Source: a virus
Length of the DNA: 45,394 nucleotides
IMG/VR virus record: IMGVR_UViG_3300010376_000016
Coordinates: 1 to 45,394 of that record
Direction: 5' to 3' (one strand)
Part shown: piece by piece, positions 1 through 7,096 of the stretch
Layout of the letters: each line of letters opens with the position of its first letter
How positions within the stretch are numbered: position 1 is the first letter of the stretch
The notes under the pieces: generated by a model
Told to the model about the DNA's origin: nothing
Seen by the model: the letters and a program-made list of their open reading frames with translations, nothing else
The model's database searches: none
Position numbers and translations under genes: made by a program

Positions 1-123
1 CTACACACAAGGAGGAACCACGATGGAAACACTCACTGCTACGCCGTGCGTGAACTGCGAGTCACGCTCATACGTCGAGCACGTTGACGTGAAGATCGCA
101 GGCGAGCTCTACCGCGTCTGCGA
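1..123. repeat. Terminal direct repeat, identical to 45272-45394 (circular assembly overlap or terminal redundancy)
   Basis: Compared base by base; 123/123 identical. Confidence 0.97.
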
Positions 124-592
124 CGTCTGCCTCGCTGACCATGACGGACCCGGCAAGTTTGAGCAGGTCCGACATGACGACGAGACGCTCGCGACTGCGC
201 TCGCGCTCTATGCGCTCGATCTGGCTGGGAGCTCGGAAGACTTTCTGTCCGACGAATGGAACGGTCATGCGTCGCGCATCGGCGCGTTCGTGCTCACGGT
301 GGACGGTCAAGGGTTCGTGAACTTCGAGGAGTTTGACTCGGAGGAGCTCGCGTCGAAGTGGCTCTACTCGCTGGAAGACGACGGCTTCGGCGCGTCCGAG
401 GATGATGCGTTCATCTCGTACGAGTCGAATGGGATCTACGCCTCGTTCGGCGGGAAGTCACTCGGTAGGTTCGAGCGCTTCACGCGAGCCAAGGCTGCGA
501 TCAGTGTCGAAATGCGTCGGCAGGGCTACTTCCCGAACGTGTTCGTCTCAGGCGAGCACGGGCCCGGCGTCCGTCGGATCGACGTCTGGTAA
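23..592 (+). CDS. Hypothetical acidic early protein with N-terminal CxxC...CxxC zinc ribbon (189 aa)
   Basis: ORF track; ATG 5 nt after AAGGAGGAAC; CVNC...CDVC motif; high GC3. Confidence 0.75.
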   Translation: METLTATPCVNCESRSYVEHVDVKIAGELYRVCDVCLADHDGPGKFEQVRHDDETLATALALYALDLAGSSEDFLSDEWNGHASRIGAFVLTVDGQGFVNFEEFDSEELASKWLYSLEDDGFGASEDDAFISYESNGIYASFGGKSLGRFERFTRAKAAISVEMRRQGYFPNVFVSGEHGPGVRRIDVW

Positions 593-594
593 CC

Positions 595-659
595 GGGAGC
601 GCTTCGGCGCTCCCCACGGTCCAACAGGGGCCAGAATCACTCACAAGGAGGAACGAACG
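595..659 (+). repeat. Intercistronic cassette copy B: hairpin GGGAGCGC-TTCG-GCGCTCCC, CACGGTCCAACAGGGGCCA box, CACAAGGAGGAAC SD
   Basis: Read directly; begins 3 nt after stop of upstream ORF, ends at ATG 660. Confidence 0.85.
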
Positions 660-1043
660 ATGTCGCGCACGATCACACTCAGCGCCAAGCAGTACGACCT
701 GCTGAGCTCGATCATGGGCTGGCTCGGAGACGAGGCTCACGCGGATCCCGCGTGGCTCGATCGCTTCGAGACGACCGATCATGAGCTCGACTGGCTCATC
801 CACGATCTGAACCCCGAGGCTCGTACGCTCTCGGGCGACGCTCGCACGGTGGAGCTCCAGGACGGCTCGACGCTCGCGGTGGACATCACTGACGACGGAG
901 AGACCGAGGGAGACCGCTCACGCGACGTTCCCTCGATCGGGCTCATCCGCGACGGCTACGTCGCAGTCGAGCTCACTTGGAACGAGGCCTACGCGCTCTC
1001 GTCGCATCTGAACGTCGTCACTCGCATCGCGGAGCACGGCTGA
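660..1043 (+). CDS. Hypothetical early protein (127 aa)
   Basis: Internal ATG of ORF 333..1043 placed directly after the SD motif; N-terminal extension is Arg/Ser-rich shadow. Confidence 0.7.
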   Translation: MSRTITLSAKQYDLLSSIMGWLGDEAHADPAWLDRFETTDHELDWLIHDLNPEARTLSGDARTVELQDGSTLAVDITDDGETEGDRSRDVPSIGLIRDGYVAVELTWNEAYALSSHLNVVTRIAEHG

Positions 1044-1050
1044 GCTCGGC

Positions 1051-1097
1051 GGAGCCCTACGGGGCTCCCACGGTCACCACTACACAAGGAGGAACAC
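1051..1097 (+). repeat. Intercistronic cassette copy C: hairpin GGAGCCC-TACG-GGGCTCC, CACGGTCAC box, ACACAAGGAGGAAC SD
   Basis: Read directly. Confidence 0.85.
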
Positions 1098-1454
1098 ATG
1101 GCGAAGTTCATCGTCATTCCGCTCTACGACCATGCACCCGCCGACGAGGTCCAGGAGATCCTGGACGGGCTCGCAGCGATGCAGTTCTCGCTCGCGCCGT
1201 ACTACGCCGAGGCGGAGCTCCCGCTCAACGTGGACGACGAGGACATCCCGCCCGACGAATGCCGGGCGATCCGCGAACGGCGCGAGCTCACGCAGTCGAT
1301 CAACACGGCTATCGGCCTGAAGGAGACCGCTGACGGCTCGGAGCTCGCGCTCCTGCGCTCGTTCGGAGTGCTGCGCGGGATCGTCAACGAGTACCGCGAC
1401 GGGGGCGATCAGATGGTCGAAGACTGCGACTGCGGCGAACACACGGGGAGCTAG
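1098..1454 (+). CDS. Hypothetical acidic early protein (118 aa)
   Basis: ORF track; ATG 2 nt after SD motif. Confidence 0.75.
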   Translation: MAKFIVIPLYDHAPADEVQEILDGLAAMQFSLAPYYAEAELPLNVDDEDIPPDECRAIRERRELTQSINTAIGLKETADGSELALLRSFGVLRGIVNEYRDGGDQMVEDCDCGEHTGS

Positions 1455-1507
1455 CGCTCCCCCACGGCTCAACAGGGGCCAAGACACACTCAACAAGGAG
1501 GAATCAC
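1445..1507 (+). repeat. Intercistronic cassette copy D: hairpin GGGGAGC-TAGC-GCTCCCC (stop codon TAG in the loop), CACGGCTCAACAGGGGCCA box, AACAAGGAGGAAT SD
   Basis: Read directly. Confidence 0.85.
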
Positions 1508-1723
1508 ATGACTGCTACCGACGTCGCCACTGCGTGGGACGTGGCGCTCGATCTGCTCGCGATCGTTGACGAGTCCCCCTCGGGACGGCTCGTCGGGTCC
1601 GAGGACACGACGATCGCGGAAGTGAAGCCCGGAGAGGGCTCGCGTCCGACGACGTTCCACGTCGTACTCGACAACGGCCAGCTCTTCACGATCAGCGTCG
1701 AAGACACGGGCATCTGGTCATGA
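1508..1723 (+). CDS. Hypothetical early protein (71 aa)
   Basis: ORF track; SD motif upstream. Confidence 0.7.
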   Translation: MTATDVATAWDVALDLLAIVDESPSGRLVGSEDTTIAEVKPGEGSRPTTFHVVLDNGQLFTISVEDTGIWS

Positions 1724-1842
1724 GTCACCTGATCCACATGACGATCATCGTCGGCGTGACGATCGCGCTCTGGGTCGGACTGATCGCGCTCGTGATCTAC
1801 GGCGTGATGATCGCCCGTGAGAAGTGGCAGGCACGACGATGA
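1720..1842 (+). CDS. Single-pass membrane micro-protein (40 aa, MSHLIHMTIIVGVTIALWVGLIALVIYGVMIAREKWQARR)
   Basis: Hand-translated; ATGA overlap with both flanking genes; hydrophobic core. Confidence 0.55.
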   Translation: MSHLIHMTIIVGVTIALWVGLIALVIYGVMIAREKWQARR

Positions 1843-2057
1843 CCACGTCCACGTTCAAGCTCGCGGGGATCCTGCTCAGCCTGCACGACGACGAATACGA
1901 GCACGACTACCTCGACGTGCTCGAAGAGCTCAAGACGCTCCTGCCCGAGCAGACGTTCAAGACGCTCTGCGAGGAGACGGAAACCTGCCCCGTCCACGTC
2001 TGCGACATCCAGATCTGCCTCGATGACAAGGAGCACGGATTGGAGGTCTACGAGTGA
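1839..2057 (+). CDS. Hypothetical acidic early protein (72 aa)
   Basis: ORF 1824..2057; the ATG at 1839 makes an ATGA overlap with the upstream stop. Confidence 0.65.
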   Translation: MTTSTFKLAGILLSLHDDEYEHDYLDVLEELKTLLPEQTFKTLCEETETCPVHVCDIQICLDDKEHGLEVYE

Positions 2058-2164
2058 CGGAGCTCGCGATCCTGCTCACGCTCGTCCAGGTCGGGCTCGT
2101 ACTCAGGTGGCTCGTGCTCGCGCACGTCGCGATCCGCAACAACCGACGCAACTGGGGCGCGTAA
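2054..2164 (+). CDS. Single-pass membrane micro-protein (36 aa)
   Basis: Hand-translated GTG ORF with GTGA overlap; stop TAA lies in the loop of hairpin E. Confidence 0.5.
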   Translation: MTELAILLTLVQVGLVLRWLVLAHVAIRNNRRNWGA

Positions 2165-2204
2165 GCGCCCCCACGGTCAACAACCAAACAAGGAGGAACC
2201 ACTC
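2154..2204 (+). repeat. Intercistronic cassette copy E: hairpin GGGGCGC-GTAA-GCGCCCC, CACGGTCAAC box, AACAAGGAGGAAC SD
   Basis: Read directly. Confidence 0.85.
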
Positions 2205-2561
2205 ATGACCAAGTGGATCGGAATGATGCTCGGCCTTGCGCTCTGCGCCATCGCGCTGACTGCCTGCACAACAGGCCAGTCGGCGTCAGGACAGGACGCG
2301 AACGGCACGTATAACTCGGGCGCTGCGCCCGCGAAGAACGCGATCAGCCTGAGCCAGTACCGCTCGGTCGCGATCGGCACACCCTGCTCGGACATCACGT
2401 TCGAGTTCGGCCCACCCGCCGACAAGCAGGACTTCTCGACGGGCGGATACCACGACGTGACGCTGATGTACAACGACGTCAACGCGAGCGGTGACTTCGC
2501 AATCCCGCAGTACTCGTTCGACTGCGTGAACGGCAAGCTCGATAGCAAGGCGAACGTGTAA
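2205..2561 (+). CDS. Putative lipoprotein (118 aa; signal peptide with lipobox LTAC); candidate superinfection-exclusion or surface protein
   Basis: MTKWIGMMLGLALCAIALTAC TTG... matches the signal peptidase II pattern. Confidence 0.75.
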   Translation: MTKWIGMMLGLALCAIALTACTTGQSASGQDANGTYNSGAAPAKNAISLSQYRSVAIGTPCSDITFEFGPPADKQDFSTGGYHDVTLMYNDVNASGDFAIPQYSFDCVNGKLDSKANV

Positions 2562-2710
2562 TGAACGCCGTCATCGTGCTCGTCCTCTTCCTGCTCGTCG
2601 CCTTCATAGTCCTGTCGCCTTGGATCGCGGTCGTCCGCATCCGGGAGACGGTCGCCAGGCTGCAGGAATGGCAACGACTGCACGAAGCCGAGCATCAGCA
2701 CAGTGAGTAA
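2561..2710 (+). CDS. Single-pass membrane micro-protein (49 aa)
   Basis: Hand-translated; TAATG overlap with lipoprotein stop; hydrophobic N-terminus. Confidence 0.5.
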   Translation: MNAVIVLVLFLLVAFIVLSPWIAVVRIRETVARLQEWQRLHEAEHQHSE

Positions 2711-2712
2711 GT

Positions 2713-2761
2713 GGGGCGCGAAAGCGCCCCCACGGTCAACCAACGACAAGGAGGAACAACG
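2713..2761 (+). repeat. Intercistronic cassette copy F: hairpin GGGGCGC-GAAA-GCGCCCC, CACGGTCAAC box, GACAAGGAGGAAC SD
   Basis: Read directly. Confidence 0.85.
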
Positions 2762-3169
2762 ATGACTCAACTGGACGTCGTCGGCATCGGGGACATCGCC
2801 TCGATGACCGGCGTCAACCGGATCACCATCTCGATGTGGCAGCGGCGTGGGCACTTGCCTCCGCCTGACGCGACACCGTCGTGTGGTCCGGTCTGGTGGC
2901 GCTCGACAATCGAGCGCTGGATGCTGGGCACAGGCCGGACGCGAGTCGGGCGCGTGACCAACGAGACGATCACGCCGAAGGATCTCGCAGCGGAGCTCGG
3001 GATCGACCCGAAACGGTTGCGCGATTGGCTCCGTGCGACCCATCCCCGGGCGCTCGAAGCGAAGCACACGACGTGGGCGATCGACCGCGCGACGGCAGAC
3101 GAAGCCCGCGCGTACTTCGAGCCCGGCGTTCTCGCCGTGCCCGATCAGGCCTGGAGAGCCAGGACATGA
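2762..3169 (+). CDS. MerR/excisionase-type HTH DNA-binding protein (135 aa); candidate excisionase/RDF
   Basis: IGDIASMTGVNRITISMWQRRGHLPPP...VWWRSTIERW resembles the Xis/AlpA-type HTH; ATG follows the SD motif. Confidence 0.6.
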   Translation: MTQLDVVGIGDIASMTGVNRITISMWQRRGHLPPPDATPSCGPVWWRSTIERWMLGTGRTRVGRVTNETITPKDLAAELGIDPKRLRDWLRATHPRALEAKHTTWAIDRATADEARAYFEPGVLAVPDQAWRART

Positions 3170-3378
3170 AGGTCCGCATCGCATACACGACCGAAGTCAG
3201 TGACGACTACCGCCGAGCGATCAACGTGTTCTACGGCCTGCCGGGACTCGCGTCCCGCGACGAGGTGAAGAACTGGCTGCTCAACTACGGCTCGTCGCAA
3301 GACGACGACCTGATGCACGATCTCCAAGAGCACGAACGGCAGGTCCACGACCTGATCGGTGAGCTCGGGAGCGACTGA
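3166..3378 (+). CDS. Hypothetical protein (70 aa)
   Basis: ATGA overlap with upstream stop; last gene of the early-left operon. Confidence 0.6.
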   Translation: MKVRIAYTTEVSDDYRRAINVFYGLPGLASRDEVKNWLLNYGSSQDDDLMHDLQEHERQVHDLIGELGSD

Positions 3379-3401
3379 GTGGGAGGAGGAAATGTGGAGG
3401 C

Positions 3402-4181
3402 TCAGGGCCGGGCGCAGGCTGCGCCCATCTCCAGGTTCGGCACCAGCCCCGAGGGGCCATCCGATTCACCAATCCTACTGCGCTGGCGCTGCTTTCGCAG
3501 CGTCCGCTTGACGTGCTCGCGGGAGAGCCCGAGCCGGGCTGCGATCGCGCCCGGCTTGAAGCCGTCGGCAGCGAGCTCGGCCACGGTCGCGTTCACGCTC
3601 ATTCGCTCGTGCTCCATCAGCCACGGCGGTACCCGGATCACGCGCATCCGAAGCGTGATCGTCACGACACCGAGGTCGAGCTCCAGCTGGTCGAGCTCAT
3701 CGAGGCGGCGCGGCTGCTGCTCGACCAGGACGACCCGGACAAGCGTGTGACGACGGGGCGCGTCGAGCGCGAGCTCGGCTAGCCGCTGGCGCACCTCACG
3801 GTAGCTCCCGCGCCGCTCGTACGCCTCTCTCAGCCGCTCCCACTGGTAGGGCGACTCGTTGGTCGCGTCCGGTGTCCGACGCCGGGGAGCGACCTCGACG
3901 GGCAGCGCGACGGCCTCCTGAACGGGCAGGCCGACGTAGGCGTCCCATTCGAGCTCGCCGTGCTGGCGGCGACGCCAGCCGACGCCGTCGCAGACAAGGC
4001 AGAGGGCGAACTCGCGCCGTCGGCGGATCCAGCCGGTCCGCTTGCACGTCTCGCAGGGGACGTAGCGCGACGCGGCGGGCCCTGACTCTGGCCGCAGCGA
4101 CGTGCGCGGCTGCGGGTATGGGTCGTTCAACGTTTCCAGCAGGAGACGGACCCGCTGGACGCGCTCCACGAGGTCGGACAC
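3402..4181 (-). CDS. Transcriptional regulator (259 aa): two CxxCxGxG zinc-finger motifs plus C-terminal LuxR/sigma-70 region-4-like HTH; candidate immunity repressor or late regulator
   Basis: CETCKRTG and CLVCDGVG motifs; VAELAADGFKPGAIAARLGLSREHVKRTLRK; GTG start after GGGAG; divergent from the Cro-like gene. Confidence 0.6.
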   Translation of the reverse strand: MSDLVERVQRVRLLLETLNDPYPQPRTSLRPESGPAASRYVPCETCKRTGWIRRRREFALCLVCDGVGWRRRQHGELEWDAYVGLPVQEAVALPVEVAPRRRTPDATNESPYQWERLREAYERRGSYREVRQRLAELALDAPRRHTLVRVVLVEQQPRRLDELDQLELDLGVVTITLRMRVIRVPPWLMEHERMSVNATVAELAADGFKPGAIAARLGLSREHVKRTLRKQRQRSRIGESDGPSGLVPNLEMGAACARP

Positions 4182-4290
4182 ACGGCTCCCGTCCGCGCTC
4201 CTCGCGAGCCTTCGGCCGCCGCCACCTCTATCACACGAGCGCCCGCGTCAGGAAGAACTTCGCTTCGAGCAGGGGCTTTGCGGTTCCCGC

Positions 4291-4318
4291 TTGACGTCGT
4301 GGCAAACCGCTTTATCGT
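4291..4318 (+). promoter_or_regulatory. Sigma-70-like promoter candidate TTGACG-16 nt-TATCGT
   Basis: Read in the 380-bp divergent intergenic region. Confidence 0.35.
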
Positions 4319-4394
4319 GTCCCCGTTACATCGCCCAAGGACTCTCCTGGACGAGGGCGTCTGACGGCGCAGGATGGGTGTGGGTCTCTGCGGG

Positions 4395-4450
4395 CCCCGC
4401 CTCCACGCAGGCGGGGAACCCTCCCCCTTGGACCGCGAAAAGGGGAAGGG
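4395..4450. promoter_or_regulatory. Two adjacent GC-rich hairpins (CCCCGCC/GGCGGGG 7 bp; CCCTCCCCCTT/AAGGGGAAGGG 10 of 11 bp)
   Basis: Arms paired by hand. Confidence 0.5.
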
Positions 4451-4473
4451 AAATGCGTTTGCATTTCCTGCCG

Positions 4474-4479
4474 TATAAT
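4474..4479 (+). promoter_or_regulatory. Perfect TATAAT -10 hexamer in an AT-richer island, preceded by the inverted repeat AAATGC-N4-GCATTT (4451-4466)
   Basis: Read directly; no canonical -35 at 16-18 nt. Confidence 0.45.
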
Positions 4480-4484
4480 CGAAG

Positions 4485-4545
4485 TTGCAACACCCTTGCA
4501 GCAGTCTTGCAGCAGATCTGCCTGAGATCTGCCTATCATCTGCCT
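4485..4545 (+). repeat. Operator-like phased repeats: TTGCA(A/G)CA x3 at 4485, 4496, 4507, then ATCTGCCT x3 at 4516, 4527, 4538, each set spaced exactly 11 bp
   Basis: Positions counted from the sequence lines. Confidence 0.8.
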
Positions 4546-4562
4546 ATCGCTTTTCGGCTCGT

Positions 4563-4847
4563 GTGGCGAGGATCAACTCGTTGCGCTTGACTGCTATCCA
4601 CGCGAGCGAGGAGCGGCATGACGGCCGGTTTCACGAGCGAATCCGACGGCTTCGCCTGCAGCAGGGCATGAGCCAGCAGGAGGTCGCTGACGTGACCGAG
4701 ATCAGCGTCAGGACGTACCGGGAGTGGGAGAGCGGCCGGACCGTGCCCTACCCAGGCCCGAACCTGCGCCGGATCGTCGGCCTCTTCCGGGTGACGCCCA
4801 CCTACCTCCTGCGTGGCGACGAGGAGGGGCTCGATGCCTTCGATTGA
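4563..4847 (+). CDS. XRE-family HTH regulator, Cro-like (start uncertain: TTG 4485, GTG 4563 or TTG 4581)
   Basis: RIRRLRLQQGMSQQEVADVTEISVRTYREWESGR is a typical XRE HTH. Confidence 0.8.
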   Translation: MARINSLRLTAIHASEERHDGRFHERIRRLRLQQGMSQQEVADVTEISVRTYREWESGRTVPYPGPNLRRIVGLFRVTPTYLLRGDEEGLDAFD

Positions 4848-5436
4848 CACCCATATCACCAAGGTCGAGAAGGACGAGGCGACCGGCTGGGGCCGGATCT
4901 CGACCGACGACCCGAACGTGAAGACGCTCCAGACGAAACGTCCCGATCTGCTGGCCGAGGCCGGTCAGTTGAGGCTCTCGGGTGTCCTGGTGCGGATCGA
5001 GTACACGGAGCGCGAAGGGAACGTCAACCCGAACACGGGCCGCCCGTACCTGAACCGCTATTACGAGAAGGCAACGGCGCTCGGAGAGCCCCCGCAGGCG
5101 ACCGATAGCGGCGTCGAGACCGTCCGCCAGACCCGGACGCCGACCGACCCGGATGAAGCCTGGCGGATCTCGCTGGCAGCTGGCGGGAAGCTCGCGGTGA
5201 TGACGCTCCCGATGATGCCGACGGCGCAGCGCTCGTTCGAGATCCAGAAGCGGATCGCGCTCGCCTGGGCGGAGTTCTTCTTCTTCACGTCGCGCCCGTC
5301 GCGACCGTCGGTGAACGGAAATCCGACCAGCCCATTTCAAGCCCCCACCGACGCCGGAGCCGAGCATCACAGTCCCGGAGCCTACGACGAGCCCGTCATG
5401 GCTGGCTATACGGGGCCGGATGACATTCCGTTCTAG
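4834..5436 (+). CDS. ssDNA-binding-like or annealing protein with canonical SSB C-terminal tip (…GPDDIPF) (200 aa)
   Basis: Ends in DDIPF; ATG after GAGGAGGGG; sits next to an exonuclease. Confidence 0.55.
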   Translation: MPSIDTHITKVEKDEATGWGRISTDDPNVKTLQTKRPDLLAEAGQLRLSGVLVRIEYTEREGNVNPNTGRPYLNRYYEKATALGEPPQATDSGVETVRQTRTPTDPDEAWRISLAAGGKLAVMTLPMMPTAQRSFEIQKRIALAWAEFFFFTSRPSRPSVNGNPTSPFQAPTDAGAEHHSPGAYDEPVMAGYTGPDDIPF

Positions 5437-5449
5437 ATAACGACAGGAA

Positions 5450-5815
5450 ATGAGCACCGAATCTGTGACAGTCCCTTCGCCCGCCGACACGCCGACGTTC
5501 ACGGCCGACGAGCTCCTTCAGGAGCTCCGCCTGCGCGGGGCCCGCGTCTACCGGATGCGCGAGGTGCTGGTCTTCGCGTTGACGAACGACGCGAAGCTCG
5601 CGGAGTGGCTGGAGGCGCTCGGCGGTCGCCCGTACCTGCCGCGTCACGCCGAGCGACTCTTCATGGACTTGCCGCCCGGCGCGTACCGACGAGCTCGCGG
5701 CGGCTCGGCCGAGTGGGACATCTGGATCCACACGATCCCGGTTCGGGGCGAAGAGACAGTCTGGGAGGCTGCAGGGCGCTGGGCGCGTGAGGTCGAGCCG
5801 ACGGAGTTCGCGTGA
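5450..5815 (+). CDS. Hypothetical protein (121 aa)
   Basis: ORF track; coding-like composition; GTGA overlap with the next gene. Confidence 0.65.
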   Translation: MSTESVTVPSPADTPTFTADELLQELRLRGARVYRMREVLVFALTNDAKLAEWLEALGGRPYLPRHAERLFMDLPPGAYRRARGGSAEWDIWIHTIPVRGEETVWEAAGRWAREVEPTEFA

Positions 5816-6684
5816 CGCTCGACATCAGCGACTACCTCGGCAAGGTCGAGCGACAGGAGGAAGCGCCGCCCGACTGGAACCTGCCGATCGACCACTGGTC
5901 GCCGTCGTCCTTCGCGATGCTGCAACGCTGCCCGCGCCAGTGGCAAGAGCGCTACATCCACGGGCGCAAAGAACGTCCGGCTGAGTCGATCGTCGTCGGC
6001 TCGGCGGTGCACGTCGCCGTCGAGATGAACTTCAAACAGAAGATCGAGAGCCACGCCGACGTCCCGACGGCCGATCTGCTCGACTACTACGAGTCGGCCT
6101 GGCCGGTCGTGATCTCGCAGCAGCAGGAAAACGCGGGCGACGACGTGCTCTGGGACACCGACGCGAACGAGGCGGGCAAGCGCGGCCGTCTGATGCTGGC
6201 CGCCTACCAGAACATCGTCGCGCCGCGCATCCAGCCGCTCGCCGTCGAGACGTTCGTCACCGTCGATGTCGGCTTGCCGATCCCGATCGAGGGACGCTTC
6301 GACGTCGAGCGCGACGCCTCGGTGATCGACCTCAAGTCGGGGAAGCGGGCGCAGCGCAAGCCGAAGGAGGCGTGGCGGATCCAGGGCGTCGTCTACGGCG
6401 AGGCACGAAACAAAGCAGTTGAGTTCCACTCGATCAGCGCGAGCCAGTCATCGAGCAAGGTGACGGTCGTCACGCCACTGGAGTCGGAGCTCCTGCTGAT
6501 CCAGCCCAGTTGGGCGGAGCGCCAGTCGCGTCTGCGCATCCTGCGCGCGCTCTCCGACGAGGCCTGCTTCTACATGGAGCGCTACGGGCCCGACGAGCCG
6601 TGGCCGCCGAAGGGCGTCTACCACGACTGGGCTTGCGACTACTGCGGCTACCGCTCGGACTGCCCAGCCTGGAGAGCGACGTGA
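5812..6684 (+). CDS. Cas4/RecB-family PD-(D/E)XK exonuclease with 4-Cys cluster (290 aa)
   Basis: N-terminal Cys (LQRCPRQW), DxxVIDLKSG nuclease motif, C-terminal CDYCGYRSDC (CX2CX5C). Confidence 0.8.
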   Translation: MTLDISDYLGKVERQEEAPPDWNLPIDHWSPSSFAMLQRCPRQWQERYIHGRKERPAESIVVGSAVHVAVEMNFKQKIESHADVPTADLLDYYESAWPVVISQQQENAGDDVLWDTDANEAGKRGRLMLAAYQNIVAPRIQPLAVETFVTVDVGLPIPIEGRFDVERDASVIDLKSGKRAQRKPKEAWRIQGVVYGEARNKAVEFHSISASQSSSKVTVVTPLESELLLIQPSWAERQSRLRILRALSDEACFYMERYGPDEPWPPKGVYHDWACDYCGYRSDCPAWRAT

Positions 6685-6989
6685 GCCTCGACGTCGCCGT
6701 CCCGAACGTCGAGCCGAGCGAGCTCGGCTTCTGGTGGGCGCACGAACACCCCGACAGTTACGTCGTGCGGTGGGTGGACGACGATAGATGTCGTCCCGCG
6801 ACCCACGCGGAGTACGTCGAGCGCGAGTGCCGTCGGCCGCACTGCCACGGCGATCCGGTGATGGCGATGCTGCGCGGCTACGGCGACGGTGCTCGCTGGT
6901 GGCTCTACTGCCGCGAGCACCTGTACGGCCGTCGGATTGAAGACGGCATCGTCCAGTCACCGCGTCTCGTGCACAAGGACGAGTTGTGA
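6681..6989 (+). CDS. Hypothetical Cys/His-rich protein (102 aa)
   Basis: GTG with GTGA overlap; in frame with ORF 6510..6989. Confidence 0.55.
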   Translation: MSLDVAVPNVEPSELGFWWAHEHPDSYVVRWVDDDRCRPATHAEYVERECRRPHCHGDPVMAMLRGYGDGARWWLYCREHLYGRRIEDGIVQSPRLVHKDEL

Positions 6990-7096
6990 CGGCCGCGCTG
7001 ATGTTCCTAATCGGGATGTTCGTCGGCGCGCTCTTCGACGCGATCTGGCGCTGGGCGGTCGAGCTCCTCGACATCGCCCGCGAGGAGGACGAGTGA
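6986..7096 (+). CDS. Membrane micro-protein (36 aa)
   Basis: Hand-translated VTAALMFLIGMFVGALFDAIWRWAVELLDIAREEDE; GTGA overlaps at both ends. Confidence 0.45.
   Translation: MTAALMFLIGMFVGALFDAIWRWAVELLDIAREEDE

Noticed and set aside
2177-3184. 335-aa minus-strand ORF; also 6448..7530 (360 aa), 5644..6429, 8777..9610 and 11152..12024
   Set aside because: They oppose a tightly coupled plus-strand gene chain with recognisable domains, and their composition is the Arg/Pro-rich shadow type.
3410-3426. Hairpin GGGCGCA-GGC-TGCGCCC as a bidirectional terminator between the convergent genes
   Set aside because: It lies inside the last codons of the 3402..4181 ORF and has no U tract on either strand. 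It is possible but unsupported.
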